DNA from: an uncultured delta proteobacterium
Lineage (GTDB): Bacteria > Desulfobacterota > Binatia > UBA9968
Assembly: GCA_963728565.1 (NCBI GenBank)
Contig: CAVSLC010000023.1
Location: 64,001-128,000, forward strand
DNA length: 64,000 bases
Direction: 5' to 3'
In this document: piece by piece, positions 40,615-51,405 of the stretch
How positions within the stretch are numbered: position 1 is the stretch's first letter
How the letters are laid out: each line of letters starts with the position of its first letter
Translations under genes and position numbers: made by a program
Notes under the pieces: model-generated
Seen by the model: only the letters and a program-made list of their open reading frames with translations
What the model was told of the DNA's origin: nothing
Database searches by the model: none

Positions 40615-41646
40615 TCACTCGTACAGCACTCTTTTGATCTTCCTCTGCATATCTTCAGGCAGATTGAAGAACGCGTTCACCCGCCGCGTCAGTTCATCGC
40701 CGGATATCGGCGCCACCCCAAGTCTGGCTTTCTTTGCTTCGGCGAGAAACTCCGGATCTCGCAGTGTCTTGTCGAACGCCGATTTGATGGTGACGATTCG
40801 ATCCTTCGGCACTCCCGGCGGAAGCATGAATGAGCGCTCGACAATATTGCCGCCATGGATCACCACGTCGATCAACTGTTTGCCTTCCTCGTTCTTGCCG
40901 AAATTGATCGCCAGCGGAACTTTGGGCAAGTCGGGATGAGCTTTCGGCGCCGCTTGAAGCACGACGATGCCATCGCCCGTTTCCATGGCTCTACTCCAGG
41001 TCGACTTGATCGAATCCCATCCCCAGCAAGACCCATCGAGCTCGCCGGCTTCCATCGCGAGCCGTACCGGCGCCGTCCCCTTGTATCCGGAGACCAGCTG
41101 AATCGGAAAGTTGGTCGCAGTGCTGAGAACTCGCAAGGTATTATCGGTCAGGTTTCCAGGTCCGACCGCCCCCATCTTCACCGGCCTTGGTGAGGCGAGC
41201 CATTTATCCGTGCTGACAATGCCGCTTGTCTTGGTAAAAGCGCAGGAGAAATGGTCCGCGGTGGGCGCGCCGAGGTAGGTAAATTTGCGCATATCGAATT
41301 CGACGCCGGGCTGCCCGAGTATTTGGCTAATGCTCTGGCTGCCGGTGAAATGGCCGATGGTGAGGCCGTCCGGCTTGGCTGCTTTGTAGATGTGATTGGC
41401 TGCGATCATCATGCCGGCGCCGGGCATATTATCGACGATGATGGTCGGGTCACCGGGAATGTGCTTGGACATTTGTCGGGCTATCATGCGCGCATAGGTA
41501 TCGAAACCCCCGCCCGGAGGGCCGCCGACGATGATGCGCATGGTCTTGCCTTTGAAAAAAGTGTCTTGCGAATAAACGCTTGATACGATCAAGAGCGGCA
41601 CCAGAAGCATCGTCAGAAAACTTGCGCAGCGGATTTGTCGTTTCAT
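40615..41646 (-). CDS. Bug/TctC tripartite tricarboxylate transporter substrate-binding protein
   Basis: IIVGGPPGGGFDTYAR, NMPGAG, KPDGLTIG and GYKGTAPVRLAMEAGELDG. Confidence 0.9.
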   Translation of the reverse strand: MKRQIRCASFLTMLLVPLLIVSSVYSQDTFFKGKTMRIIVGGPPGGGFDTYARMIARQMSKHIPGDPTIIVDNMPGAGMMIAANHIYKAAKPDGLTIGHFTGSQSISQILGQPGVEFDMRKFTYLGAPTADHFSCAFTKTSGIVSTDKWLASPRPVKMGAVGPGNLTDNTLRVLSTATNFPIQLVSGYKGTAPVRLAMEAGELDGSCWGWDSIKSTWSRAMETGDGIVVLQAAPKAHPDLPKVPLAINFGKNEEGKQLIDVVIHGGNIVERSFMLPPGVPKDRIVTIKSAFDKTLRDPEFLAEAKKARLGVAPISGDELTRRVNAFFNLPEDMQRKIKRVLYE

Positions 41647-41680
41647 TTAACTTTACCTCGTGAGATTTTTGCTCGTAGAT

Positions 41681-42715
41681 TTATTTCAAGCTCGCCCCCT
41701 GGGTGGCGAAGGTGCGTTCGATGAAGCCGCTTTCGTCGAGTCTCCGGGCGATGCGGCCGTCGATAACATCCTCCACTTTGAGATCGCCCACCTTGGGGGT
41801 GCGTGTTTTCAGAAGTCGCTGCACGTTGCGCAGCCCTTCCACAGAAGGGATCGGCTTGCGATCGACGCCGCGGGTTAGATCGAGATATCCATCTTCCGCG
41901 CCCGCGGCGTCGGTCCTCAGGTGACGCATCAATGATTTCGTAACCGCCGGTTTGTTCTTCGGCGCGAGGGAATAGGCCAACGCTTCGATTTCAGCTTTCA
42001 AGTAATTCTCCGCGAGATCGCTTTTTTGCTTGAGCAGAGCGCCAGGGACGACCATCGATTGGCCGGCGAGAAGCTTGGTCATCTCGGTGTATTCGTGCAG
42101 GATCGTCATGCCTTTTTGCTGGAGTTTGCGGCTGAAGGCGCCATCGAGAACCGCCGCGTCGCAGAGACCATTCTCGACCGCTTGCGCCTGGATGCCCTGA
42201 TCTCCGACCACCTGCATTTGAATCTGATCGCGCTGTTGATCCAGGCCGAGGTGTTCAAGCCACAGGAGAATGCCCATCCATGTGGTGCCGCCGATGCTGG
42301 TCACCGCGAAACGTTTGCCGCGCAAGTCTTCAGCTCTTTTGATGTTGGGCCGAACGACCAGATCATAGGTGTTGCGGCTGGAGAAGCTGGCGACGAATTT
42401 AAAATCGTGTCCCGCCGCGACCGCGGCCAGCATGGCGCTGCCGCCGGTGCGGCCGATGTGTATGTCGCCCGAGGCCAGGCCGGCTACCAGGGTCGGCGCG
42501 CCGCGGATCAGAATCGGTTGCGCATCGATGCCGTACTTGGCAAAGATTCCCTGCTCGTGAGCAATCCAGAGCGGCATCAGGCGCGCCGTGACGGTCGCGT
42601 AGCCGATGACGGTTTTCACCGGCGCGCCCGCGCTGTGCGCCGGAAGATGCCACGACAGTGGCGCGGCGAGAAAACAAAGTACAATCACAGAGAGTCTGAT
42701 GGATCGACAATTCAT
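41681..42715 (-). CDS. ABC transporter substrate-binding protein, NMT1/SsuA-like
   Basis: Signal peptide; PLWIAHEQGIFAKYGID, DLRGKRFAVTSIGG and C-terminal RLDESGFI. Confidence 0.87.
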   Translation of the reverse strand: MNCRSIRLSVIVLCFLAAPLSWHLPAHSAGAPVKTVIGYATVTARLMPLWIAHEQGIFAKYGIDAQPILIRGAPTLVAGLASGDIHIGRTGGSAMLAAVAAGHDFKFVASFSSRNTYDLVVRPNIKRAEDLRGKRFAVTSIGGTTWMGILLWLEHLGLDQQRDQIQMQVVGDQGIQAQAVENGLCDAAVLDGAFSRKLQQKGMTILHEYTEMTKLLAGQSMVVPGALLKQKSDLAENYLKAEIEALAYSLAPKNKPAVTKSLMRHLRTDAAGAEDGYLDLTRGVDRKPIPSVEGLRNVQRLLKTRTPKVGDLKVEDVIDGRIARRLDESGFIERTFATQGASLK

Positions 42716-42962
42716 TTCTGTTGTTCCTTTCAAAAGATCGCGAAACTTTAACCCCTTGGAAACTTTATCCTTGATGTTACTCAAATGGTAACGGGCCCTA
42801 TGCGGTGATTCGATGATTTGCGGCGTTGGCGGCTATAAAAATGATTCACTCGCGCCACGAGCTTGCAGATTCCATTTGTATTATCTCTCGTGTTGGCAAT
42901 GAATCACAGGAAGAGAGGCTGTAGGCAACTTCGATTACCGTTCAAATGCCGTGCTAGCCGTA

Positions 42963-43802
42963 TCAAGTTTTGAACTGTTCTAGCCAGCGCGTGATAATTT
43001 CGATCACCTCAGGTTCGTGTTCGTCGTAGAAGTGATTCGATCCTGGAACGATTTTGTAAGTACCGGTTGAGCCGCTCGCCTCGGCAAGCTCTTTGGCGTA
43101 TTCCGGGAAAAACGGATGTTCCGCACCACCCGCGATAGCGAGATGAGGACAGCCTAAACGGCCGGCATGAGGCCGAACGTCGTTGTTTTCGTGTTTGCCG
43201 TACTTGTTGACGTAAGTGCGCGCGCAAAACATTCCCATCGCTCCGCTCGCCGGTGCCCAAAGAATTTCTTCTCCTTTGCCTTGGGCCACCATTGCTTCCG
43301 CTTGGGCCATCAACTGCTTGAATTCGGGCTGCTCCATTGCTCGCGCTGAATAAAATTGTTTAGGGCAAGAGCAAGAGATGATGCCCACAACATCACGCCG
43401 GCGGCGGCTGCCCTGATACATGAGCGATTTGATACAACCCAAGCTGTGGCCAATTAGGATGAAGCGCTTGTAGCCCTGCCGAGTTAGGCACTCCAACGCG
43501 CCATCGAGATCGAGCGCGCTGTCTTCGAAAGTTTCATAGGCGGCACCGCCGAAGGCGGTCAAATTTCCGGCGCGGTTTATCCAATCGTGTCCGCGGGTGT
43601 TGATGACAAAGCCGTGATAGCCGCGTTCGGCGATAGCTTGCCCGAAAACAGCAAGAGGCGGCAGATAGAAATTCATCGCTACCCCATGCACGAAGAGCAA
43701 TGCGAGATTGGACAACTTATCCGCCGGTGTGAAGAGGAGACCGTGCAGAGTTTCGTCGTCCGTGGTTGTAAAACTCAATAGCTGGGTGTGGATTGTCGTC
43801 AT
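42963..43802 (-). CDS. Alpha/beta hydrolase
   Basis: LFVHG, GHSLG nucleophile elbow, C-terminal GSNHFY; start overlaps the upstream tctC stop. Confidence 0.85.
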   Translation of the reverse strand: MTTIHTQLLSFTTTDDETLHGLLFTPADKLSNLALLFVHGVAMNFYLPPLAVFGQAIAERGYHGFVINTRGHDWINRAGNLTAFGGAAYETFEDSALDLDGALECLTRQGYKRFILIGHSLGCIKSLMYQGSRRRRDVVGIISCSCPKQFYSARAMEQPEFKQLMAQAEAMVAQGKGEEILWAPASGAMGMFCARTYVNKYGKHENNDVRPHAGRLGCPHLAIAGGAEHPFFPEYAKELAEASGSTGTYKIVPGSNHFYDEHEPEVIEIITRWLEQFKT

Positions 43803-44860
43803 TGCGGTGTTTCCCTGCCACTCACATCCGAAAGTAAGACTTTTTTGAGTTTGGCGACTATCGGAGCATCGAGATCATAGAAACCGGCGAGCGTCTTGGC
43901 GGTTGCAGCACCGTCGATGGGAGCAATGTCGAGTTTCGCTTTCTTCGCATCTGCAAGAAACTCCGGGTCCTTCAAGGTGTCGAGAAATGCTTTTTGTAGA
44001 ACCCCTAGCCGGTCTTTCGGTGTCCCGGGCGGCACGGAGTAGCTGCGAAAGCTGGTGCCGTAAGCATGATCGAGGACTTCCAGCAGCTGCCGCGCTTCCT
44101 TGGTCTTTGCATAATCGATGGCGACAGGAACATCCTTCAGTTCGGGATGAGCCTTGAGGGCTGTTTGCAGGACTACTTTTACCTGGCCGGTCTCAAAGCC
44201 CTGAGCCCAAGTCGGTTTCATAGACTCCCAAGCCCAGCACCCGCCGGAGACTTCGCCGGATTCGGCTGCAAGCCGGATCGGGCCCGTGCATTTGTAACCG
44301 TCGATTACCCGAAGTGGTAAGCCAAGAGCGTCGCGCAAAATGCGGGCTGTATCGGAAGTCACCCCGCCTGGTCCATGCCCGCCCATCTTCACCGGTTCCT
44401 TGGCCGTTAGCCAGCCATCGAGAGTCGATATGCCGCTGGCTTTGGTTAGAGCGCAAACGCCGTGATCGGCGATAGGTACGCCTAGCCAACCGAATTTGCG
44501 TCCGTCGAATTTTGCCGCTTCATTGCCTAGCACATGCTGTAAGATCAACGTGCCGACAAAATGACCGATGGTTAGCCCATCGGGCTTGGCTTGATTGTAA
44601 ATATAATTTGCTGCGATCATGCCGACCGCGCCAGTCATATTCTCCACGATAGTGTTGGGATTTCCTGGGACATGTTTGCCAAAGTGGCGCGCAATTGTGC
44701 GGGTATAGACGTCGAAGCCGCCGCCGGGCTCGTATGCGACAATAAAGCGAAGAGTTTTCCCTCTGTAGAACGATTCTTGCGCGTGGAGTGGCGAGCGAAC
44801 CAGGAACAGGGCCAACAGAACCAAGTTGGATAGCCATGCAATTAATTTGATATGCCTCAT
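43799..44860 (-). CDS. Bug/TctC substrate-binding protein
   Basis: PGGGFDVYTR, NMTGA, KPDGLTIG and IRLAAESGEVSG; RBS GGAGGAGG. Confidence 0.88.
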   Translation of the reverse strand: MRHIKLIAWLSNLVLLALFLVRSPLHAQESFYRGKTLRFIVAYEPGGGFDVYTRTIARHFGKHVPGNPNTIVENMTGAVGMIAANYIYNQAKPDGLTIGHFVGTLILQHVLGNEAAKFDGRKFGWLGVPIADHGVCALTKASGISTLDGWLTAKEPVKMGGHGPGGVTSDTARILRDALGLPLRVIDGYKCTGPIRLAAESGEVSGGCWAWESMKPTWAQGFETGQVKVVLQTALKAHPELKDVPVAIDYAKTKEARQLLEVLDHAYGTSFRSYSVPPGTPKDRLGVLQKAFLDTLKDPEFLADAKKAKLDIAPIDGAATAKTLAGFYDLDAPIVAKLKKVLLSDVSGRETPQ

Positions 44861-45389
44861 AAGCGGCCTCCTCCAGTTGAAAAGATAAAAAGCGAAATTC
44901 GATACGTCCTTCCTTATCTCACTCGTGATCGGCATAGAGTTTTTCGAAGAAGCCGCTGCCGTCCACCTTCTGCACGATACTTGAAACGACGCAGATCCTC
45001 CGTCTTGGCGTCGCCGACTCTCCGGTTTGCGCTTTCACCGGCCATTGCAGTTGTTTTAACTCACCCTGGTACCTTGAGATATACCAGATATACAATGGTC
45101 TGCGGTATTCCTCTATACATGCCGGGTCAGAGCGTTTAAGCTCTTCGGCAGCGGCTGGAGCGGTGACTTTGCAATGCTTGATGGTAGTATCTGAAGGTCA
45201 ATGCTTGACGCTCGTCAGAAACCATGCGCCTTGCGCCTTAGCTGATCGTACTTTCGGCATATGCACTCCCTCGCCAGCAGTGGTTTTGGCGGCGCGAGTT
45301 CGCCCAATTTATACCCTGTAATTCCCTGCTTCGAGCAAACGAAAACTCTGCTTTGATAGCTGGTTCAAAGTCCTCAAAAATATTTCCAA

Positions 45390-45873
45390 CGATGTTTGGG
45401 GCGAGCGAATTGCGGTTCAGCAGTACGGCTTTACGAATTCGAGTTGACTTCAGCCAAGAACCACGCGGTGCTAGGGTGTCGAGAATTTCGATTGATCGAC
45501 GGAAGTTATCTGACGATTTCGCGCCGCTTGCCAAGCCATCGAGAAGATAACGCAGGGTTATGCCGAGGTTGTGCTTTTTACCAACGGCGCTCAGGTTGAT
45601 CATCTGTTTCGAGTGGCGGCGGAAAGCAACAATGCCGATTCACTACGTGAGGGCTTGCGGCGGGCCGTCGTGGGTTCCGTTGGGCCAATCTGCACGGAAG
45701 TGCTCGACCGGTTCGGCATTGATCCTGACATAGAGCCGGCTCATCCGAAGATGGGGTCGCTCTTAGCCGAAGTTGCCGCATCAGCGCAACCGCTGTTACA
45801 GGCCAAACGTCGGGCCTGGTTTAATTTACTCTTACCTGCCTGCTCTCGATTGCTCCGAGCAGCTCCCGCTTGA
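45390..45873 (+). pseudogene. Decayed uroporphyrinogen-III synthase (HemD)-like remnant
   Basis: GERIAVQQYGFTN*, then RGARVSRISIDRRKLSDDFAPL, then VVLFTNGAQVDHLF...VGSVGPICTEVL...EPAHPKMGSLL; stops, shifts and no N-terminal half. Confidence 0.65.
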
Positions 45874-46104
45874 TAAAAAGCACCGAAAGACTTCTTCCCC
45901 GAATAATATAGCTGACAAGACCAGATTAAGAACTTGGCTCCGAGGTCATTTGTAAATGGGTCGGTAATTTTCACCAGGTAAGTCACGCGCCCGGAGGAGT
46001 CCTGCGATTCGCTCAAGACGCGTATGGCTTGTGGCAAGATTCGGCGCGGCGGGATAGGGTAATAATCAGAATCGGTAGGGCTTGCCTCTTTTAAGAGAAC
46101 ACGG

Positions 46105-46929
46105 ATGAAAAATGAAATGACCGAGGCAGTTGCGGATAATGCATGGACACGTTCCAACTTCCGGAGGTTGCGCTTTGATCTTTTTGTTCAGCGTCTCGTT
46201 CTCGTTGCATCGTTGGTCGGCATCTGGTGGCTGTTTTCCTTATCGGTGCCGCATTACATTTTGCCCGGACCGGCGCGAGTATGGCAGGCGCTCACACTTA
46301 TCGCCGCCAACGGCGATCTGTGGAGCAATCTCGGTATTACGCTCTGGCGGGTCACCGTGGGATTTGTCATTGCGGCGCTTGTAAGTTTGCCCCTTGGGAT
46401 CTTCCTGGGAGCGAACAAACGGGCGGGCGAATTCTTTGAGCCGGTAATCCCGGTGATGAACACGGTGTCGTCTGCGATCTGGGCCATCTTCGCCATCATC
46501 TGGTTCGGCATCTCCAACGCCACGACTATTTTCGTAGTGTTCATGACTGCGATGCCATTGATCATTACCAACGTTTGGCAGGGTACGCGCACGGTCAACG
46601 CGGAGTTCATCGAGTTGGCCCAGGTGCTGCGCATGCCGAAATGGAAAGTGATGACCAAAATCTATCTGCCGACCATACTTCCTTACTTTTTCTCCGGCGC
46701 GCGCCTAGCGTTTGGCTTCGGCTGGCGCGTCTCTCTGGTCGCCGAGACCATAGGCGCTTCGAGCGGAGTCGGCTATCGTCTGCGCCAGGCGGCGGATTTG
46801 ATCCAGACCGACCAGGTATTTGCCTGGACTTTAACTCTGGTTGTTATGATGGCCACCTTGGAAATGGGACTGCTAAAGCCGCTGGAGAATCACCTGTTTC
46901 GCTGGAAGAAAGAAGCGGAAGGGCAATGA
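46105..46929 (+). CDS. ABC transporter permease, SsuC/TauC/NrtB family
   Basis: ILPGPARVW, TLWRVTVGF, EAA-like IELAQVLRM..KIYLPTILP and LVAETIGASSGVG. Confidence 0.9.
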   Translation: MKNEMTEAVADNAWTRSNFRRLRFDLFVQRLVLVASLVGIWWLFSLSVPHYILPGPARVWQALTLIAANGDLWSNLGITLWRVTVGFVIAALVSLPLGIFLGANKRAGEFFEPVIPVMNTVSSAIWAIFAIIWFGISNATTIFVVFMTAMPLIITNVWQGTRTVNAEFIELAQVLRMPKWKVMTKIYLPTILPYFFSGARLAFGFGWRVSLVAETIGASSGVGYRLRQAADLIQTDQVFAWTLTLVVMMATLEMGLLKPLENHLFRWKKEAEGQ

Positions 46930-47001
46930 AAAACGGAAATTGTCTTTTCAGGAGACGCATTCTACTCTCGCAACCGTGACGATCAGCGCTTATTGAAACC
47001 A

Positions 47002-47796
47002 ATGGATAGTCCGAGTTTAGCGCAGCAAGCGTGCATTGAACCGGGGCAGCCCGCAGCCGCCATCCGCCTGAGCGGCATCAGCAAAAGTTTTGCTGCCGGC
47101 GATAGCCGGCTTGAAGTGCTGAAGGATGTCAATCTTGCAGTGGCCGATCAGGCCATCGTCGGATTGCTCGGCGCATCGGGCTCAGGCAAGAGCACGTTGC
47201 TCAACATCATCTCCGGCATTGTTAAACCGGACCATGGCCAGGTATGCATCTGCGGCGCGCCCAGCGCGGAATTCAACGACTGGCGCACGATCAGTTATAT
47301 GTTTCAAGACGATCGATTGTTGCCATGGCGCAATGCGCTGCGCAATGTTGAATTCGCTTTGGAAGCGGGAGCGATGCCGAAAAGTGAAAGGATTCGGCGC
47401 GCCAGCCAAGCCTTGGAACTGGTCGATTTGAATGGTTTTGAAGCATCGTTTCCTTATCAGCTCTCCGGCGGCATGCGCAGTCGTGTCGCTCTGGCGCGTA
47501 GCCTGGTCACCGAGCCACGCATTCTTTTGATGGATGAACCGTTTTCTCGGCTCGACGCGCAAACCCGAGGGCTGATGCATGAGGAACTGCTGCGCATACA
47601 TGAGATCAAACGCATGACGGTGGTATTCGTAACGCACGACGTCGAGGAATCGGTAATTCTCGCCGATGAAGTAGCCGTGATGTCGCCGCGGCCCGGCACG
47701 ATCCGAGAGATCGTACCGATAACCTTAGCGCGTCCGCGCGACACGACCCAGCCGGAAGTCGCAAACTATATTCAGAAACTGAGAGGACTTATCTAA
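47002..47796 (+). CDS. ABC transporter ATP-binding protein, SsuB/TauB family
   Basis: GASGSGKST, FQDDRLLPWR, LSGGM, LLMDEPF and FVTHD. Confidence 0.93.
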   Translation: MDSPSLAQQACIEPGQPAAAIRLSGISKSFAAGDSRLEVLKDVNLAVADQAIVGLLGASGSGKSTLLNIISGIVKPDHGQVCICGAPSAEFNDWRTISYMFQDDRLLPWRNALRNVEFALEAGAMPKSERIRRASQALELVDLNGFEASFPYQLSGGMRSRVALARSLVTEPRILLMDEPFSRLDAQTRGLMHEELLRIHEIKRMTVVFVTHDVEESVILADEVAVMSPRPGTIREIVPITLARPRDTTQPEVANYIQKLRGLI

Positions 47797-47835
47797 AAAC
47801 GATCGTCGCGAGGTGTTTCTCTGTGCAAGGAAATT

Positions 47836-47960
47836 GTTCAACCGTTCAACCGGCCGCACCGCCTATTCAAACGTTCAACGTCAGAGTTCCGCAAACGTTG
47901 AATAGCGAGCAGCGCGAGGCTGGAACTGTTGAATAGCGACCGGAAGGGAACGGTTGGAAC
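47836..47960. repeat. Second intergenic GTTCAA/TTGAA palindromic element
   Basis: GTTCAACCGTTCAAC...TATTCAAACGTTCAAC...AAACGTTGAATAG...GTTGAATAG...AACGGTTGGAAC; shares units with 26133-26268. Confidence 0.65.
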
Positions 47961-47987
47961 GCGCTCCCCAGAAAAACGGAGGTAAAC

Positions 47988-48987
47988 GTGAGAGTCGGGA
48001 AAATAATTAGGCGCGCATTGCTGCTCTGGACTTGTCCTCGCGGCCGTGGCTTTCATGCCATGCCAACTGTTCGCTCAAAAAATTAAAGTTGGTTATTGGA
48101 CCAGCGGATTCAGCCTGGGATTCGGCGCAGTTTTGGAGCAAATGAAATTGGCCGAGAAAGAGGGCCTCGATGTTGAATGGGTGAAGTTTGCCGAAGTTAA
48201 CGGACCCACTCGCGCGATCGTTTCCAATGCCATCGACCTTGCCTTTGCCGCGCCGTCGACCAATTCCATCGGCATCGCCGCTGACGGCGTGCCGGTGAAG
48301 ATCGTATTGGCGACGCAGATCGCCGAGGCGCAGGTGGTTGTGCTTGAAGGCGCGCCGATTGAAACGGCTGCCGATCTTAAGGGAAAGAAAATCGGTATGT
48401 CGCCGCCCGGCAGCGCAACCCACGCCATCAGCACCGCGATTCTCGATCAGAACTACGGCATCAAACCGAAGGAATACAGCGTCGCGCCGGGGAACGAAGC
48501 GCGGCTGGCGCAGTTCTTGACGCAGAAGGAAATCGATGCGGCAATCATCCGCTCGGTGACGATTGCACAGATGGAGGAAACCAAGTTGCGCCGCCTCGCG
48601 AGTATCGTCGATGAATGGAAAAAGCTCACCAAGAGCAGCGCCGCGCCAATTCTTGGCGTCACGATCGTGTACAGCGATTACCTGGCGAAGAATCCCGAGG
48701 CGGTAGCGAAGTTTATCGTGGCGATGAGGAAAACCGTCGAATATGGATCCAAAAACAAGTCCCGCGTTGCCGAGATACTTCAGAAAGCCGCCAACATGGA
48801 TAGCAAAGACGCCACTGCCTATGCCAGCCAGTGGGACGGCGCGTACATGGCCTCTTTCGAGCCGCAAGATATCACATCGCTGAAACGCATGCATGAGATT
48901 GTCAAGGCGCATGGCGGCGCGCAAAAAGATCCGCCTGAGAGCGCCTTTGATGCAAAGCCATACATGCGGTCTAAGCAACTTAAGTAA
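47988..48987 (+). CDS. ABC transporter substrate-binding protein (SsuA-like), frameshift in the signal peptide ~48025
   Basis: GTG at 47988 after GGAGG gives MRVGKIIRRALLL, then shifts to the ORF frame; EGLDVEW and ADLKGKKIGMSPPGS. Confidence 0.85.
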
Positions 48988-49023
48988 GTAGATAGCATTG
49001 GCGAGTAAGTAGAAGCATTGGCG
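48983..49023 (+). repeat. 20/21-bp tandem duplication AGTAAGTAGA(T)AGCATTGGCG
   Basis: Copies at 48983-49003 and 49004-49023, overlapping the SBP stop codon. Confidence 0.7.
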
Positions 49024-49255
49024 CAAGGGCGGATCGCCCACCCGCTGATGGACCGGCGGCAGCGAGTTCCATCCGATTGTGAGACACAGATGCTCTAGAC
49101 GGTTCGAGAAGATTTCGATAAGAGGAGTTATTGGCTAGGGGAAATCTATGCATCTGCATGGTAGAGAAGTTGCCTGTTCCAAACACTTACTCTCTCGAGA
49201 AGACTGCTGCTGCAGCCGCGGTAGCGGTTCTGGAGTTCACCGCGAAGGAGATCGT

Positions 49256-50101
49256 ATGCGACTCGATCAAGAAGGCCAAAGCACAAACGTTGAAGATCGC
49301 CGCGGCATGAGAGTGTCCCGGGGGTTGGCCGGAGGCGGGATCGGCACCATCGCTATCGTCCTGATCGGCCTATTCTTCGGCATTGATCCCAGCGTGTTAT
49401 TGCAAGGAAACATCGATAGCGCACCGCCGTCCCAACATGCTCCGCAACAAGGCGCTAGAGATGAAATGGGTCAGTTTGTTTCCAGTGTGCTTGCCAGCAC
49501 CGAACGCACCTGGGGAGAAATCTTCCGCCGGCATGGCCAAGAATATCAGGAGCCCAAGTTGGTGCTTTTTTCCGGCGCCGTCGAGTCTGCTTGCGGGTTT
49601 GCTCAATCAGCTTCCGGACCATTTTATTGCCCGCAGGACAGGAGGGTTTACATCGATCTGGAATTCTTTCGTGAGCTGCGCGACCGTTTCAAAGCGCCCG
49701 GAGATTTCGCGCAGGCCTATGTCATCGCTCACGAGATCGGTCATCATGTGCAAAATCAACTCGGTGTCATGAGAAAGACAGGCGAGTTGCAGAGCCGCTC
49801 GAGCCGTGCCCAAGCGAACGCCATTTCAGTGCGGGTGGAACTTCAAGCCGACTGCCTTGCCGGGATCTGGGCGGGCACGGCCAATCGGGATCGGAAGATT
49901 CTCGAGGAGGGAGACATCGAGGAGGGTCTGAATGCAGCCGCGCAGATCGGTGATGACCGAATTCAAAAACGCAGTCAAGGTTACGTAGTGCCGGAGGGCT
50001 TTACCCACGGCAGCGCGGAGCAACGTGTTCGATGGTTTCGTCGCGGCCTCGAGAGTCGAGATCTCGACCAATGCGATACATTCTCAGCCGGAGCCGTATA
50101 G
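49256..50101 (+). CDS. Neutral zinc metallopeptidase, YpfJ family
   Basis: STNVEDRRG, SACG...GPFYCP.D, AYVIAHEIGHHVQ, ELQADCLAG and FTHGSAEQR; RBS GAAGGAG. Confidence 0.93.
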   Translation: MRLDQEGQSTNVEDRRGMRVSRGLAGGGIGTIAIVLIGLFFGIDPSVLLQGNIDSAPPSQHAPQQGARDEMGQFVSSVLASTERTWGEIFRRHGQEYQEPKLVLFSGAVESACGFAQSASGPFYCPQDRRVYIDLEFFRELRDRFKAPGDFAQAYVIAHEIGHHVQNQLGVMRKTGELQSRSSRAQANAISVRVELQADCLAGIWAGTANRDRKILEEGDIEEGLNAAAQIGDDRIQKRSQGYVVPEGFTHGSAEQRVRWFRRGLESRDLDQCDTFSAGAV

Positions 50102-50294
50102 TGATGCGACGCGAACAATAGTGGAACGGATCAGCGATTGATGTCGATAAAATTTTTTGAGATTCCGGACATCCATTCTGTTAGCCCTAAAAGATTCGCG
50201 CTGATCCATCGTTGTTGCTGCACATCCGATCCGAGGGAGATAACCGTCTAAGCTAGGTCGCTGATCGAACCGTTTCGTGACATTGGCAGCGACT

Positions 50295-51245
50295 TTATTC
50301 AATCGCCACAAATAGCTCTTCCGGCGTTAAATGGCGCTTGGTTAGTCCCTGCTCATAGCTATACAGGGCGAACCTCTCGATATTTTTTCGATTTGCTTCA
50401 AGCCCATTGCGCCAGGGATCGAAGTTGCAAAGCGTCTCTTGCCGCTCCAGCTCGCGCCTGCCCCACATCACCATTGACCAATTAGGATCGGCCCACCGCT
50501 TTAGCGCCTGGCGTCGGGCCTGCTCAAAAATGTCGTAAAGAGCTTTAGGCAGTTCCGGCTCTCGTTGCGCCAGTTGTTTTCGGAATGCCAGCACGTGCAT
50601 GATCGGAAAATAACCCTCCGCCTCCAAGTAGCGCTCCTCCTCCGCCTGCGGGTCACTGAACAAGCGAGCGACATTTGGGTTTCCTTCGCGAAAAACTTTC
50701 GGCAGACGGGAGACAAACATTGCATGGATTTTGCCTTGGACGAACTCGGCTTCGATCTGATCCATGCTGTTCCGGGTTTCGAGTTTAACATCGCCCGGCA
50801 ACTCCAGGTCCAGCACCTCTTTGCCTGGAGTTATCCAGGTTACGGTTGTGCGCGGCACGCCATAAAAATGGCTCAGGTCGCCTTTTGCCCGCACGCCGAG
50901 GGTATTTTGATATCCGCTCAGAGCAATCCTTTTGTCGGCCAGATCCATGGGCGAATCGATGCCGCAGTGAACGTTCTTATACATTTGCGACTGGCTGAAC
51001 AAGCGCCTTGGAAAAATCGGCACGGCATGGACCGGCATTCCTCGGTCGACGGCGATCAGATAGGAAGACAGCGACAGTTCAGCAGCATCGAATTCAAAAT
51101 CTCGCAGGAAGCGCTCGTGGCGCCCCTGCTGCGGGTCGAGCTCGACATATTGCACATCGAATTGCGGGTGCTGAATACAACCTTCCAGCAGGGGCGCGTG
51201 GCGGTCGTAAGAACCCAATGCCAAAGTGATTTTGGTTTTTGCCAT
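50295..51245 (-). CDS. 4,5-dihydroxyphthalate decarboxylase-like (PBP-fold) protein
   Basis: TLALGSYDRH.PL, FDAAELSLSSY, PIFPRRLF, YFPIMH and GLEANRK...YSYEQGL. Confidence 0.8.
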   Translation of the reverse strand: MAKTKITLALGSYDRHAPLLEGCIQHPQFDVQYVELDPQQGRHERFLRDFEFDAAELSLSSYLIAVDRGMPVHAVPIFPRRLFSQSQMYKNVHCGIDSPMDLADKRIALSGYQNTLGVRAKGDLSHFYGVPRTTVTWITPGKEVLDLELPGDVKLETRNSMDQIEAEFVQGKIHAMFVSRLPKVFREGNPNVARLFSDPQAEEERYLEAEGYFPIMHVLAFRKQLAQREPELPKALYDIFEQARRQALKRWADPNWSMVMWGRRELERQETLCNFDPWRNGLEANRKNIERFALYSYEQGLTKRHLTPEELFVAIE

Positions 51246-51405
51246 GATCTAAGCGTTACTAGAATTTGAGCCTGGCTGTCAAAGGCGTCTCGGCAAACGA
51301 ACTTATGCGCAGATCCATAGATCATCTGGTTATCGCACTGGTTGACCTGACATCGCCTTACAAATAAGATCCGCCCTGTGATTCAAAATTCCTAATGAGG
51401 TAAAA

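Noticed and set aside
48983-49023. CRISPR-like repeat
   Set aside because: Two adjacent copies with no spacer and no cas genes; a simple tandem duplication.
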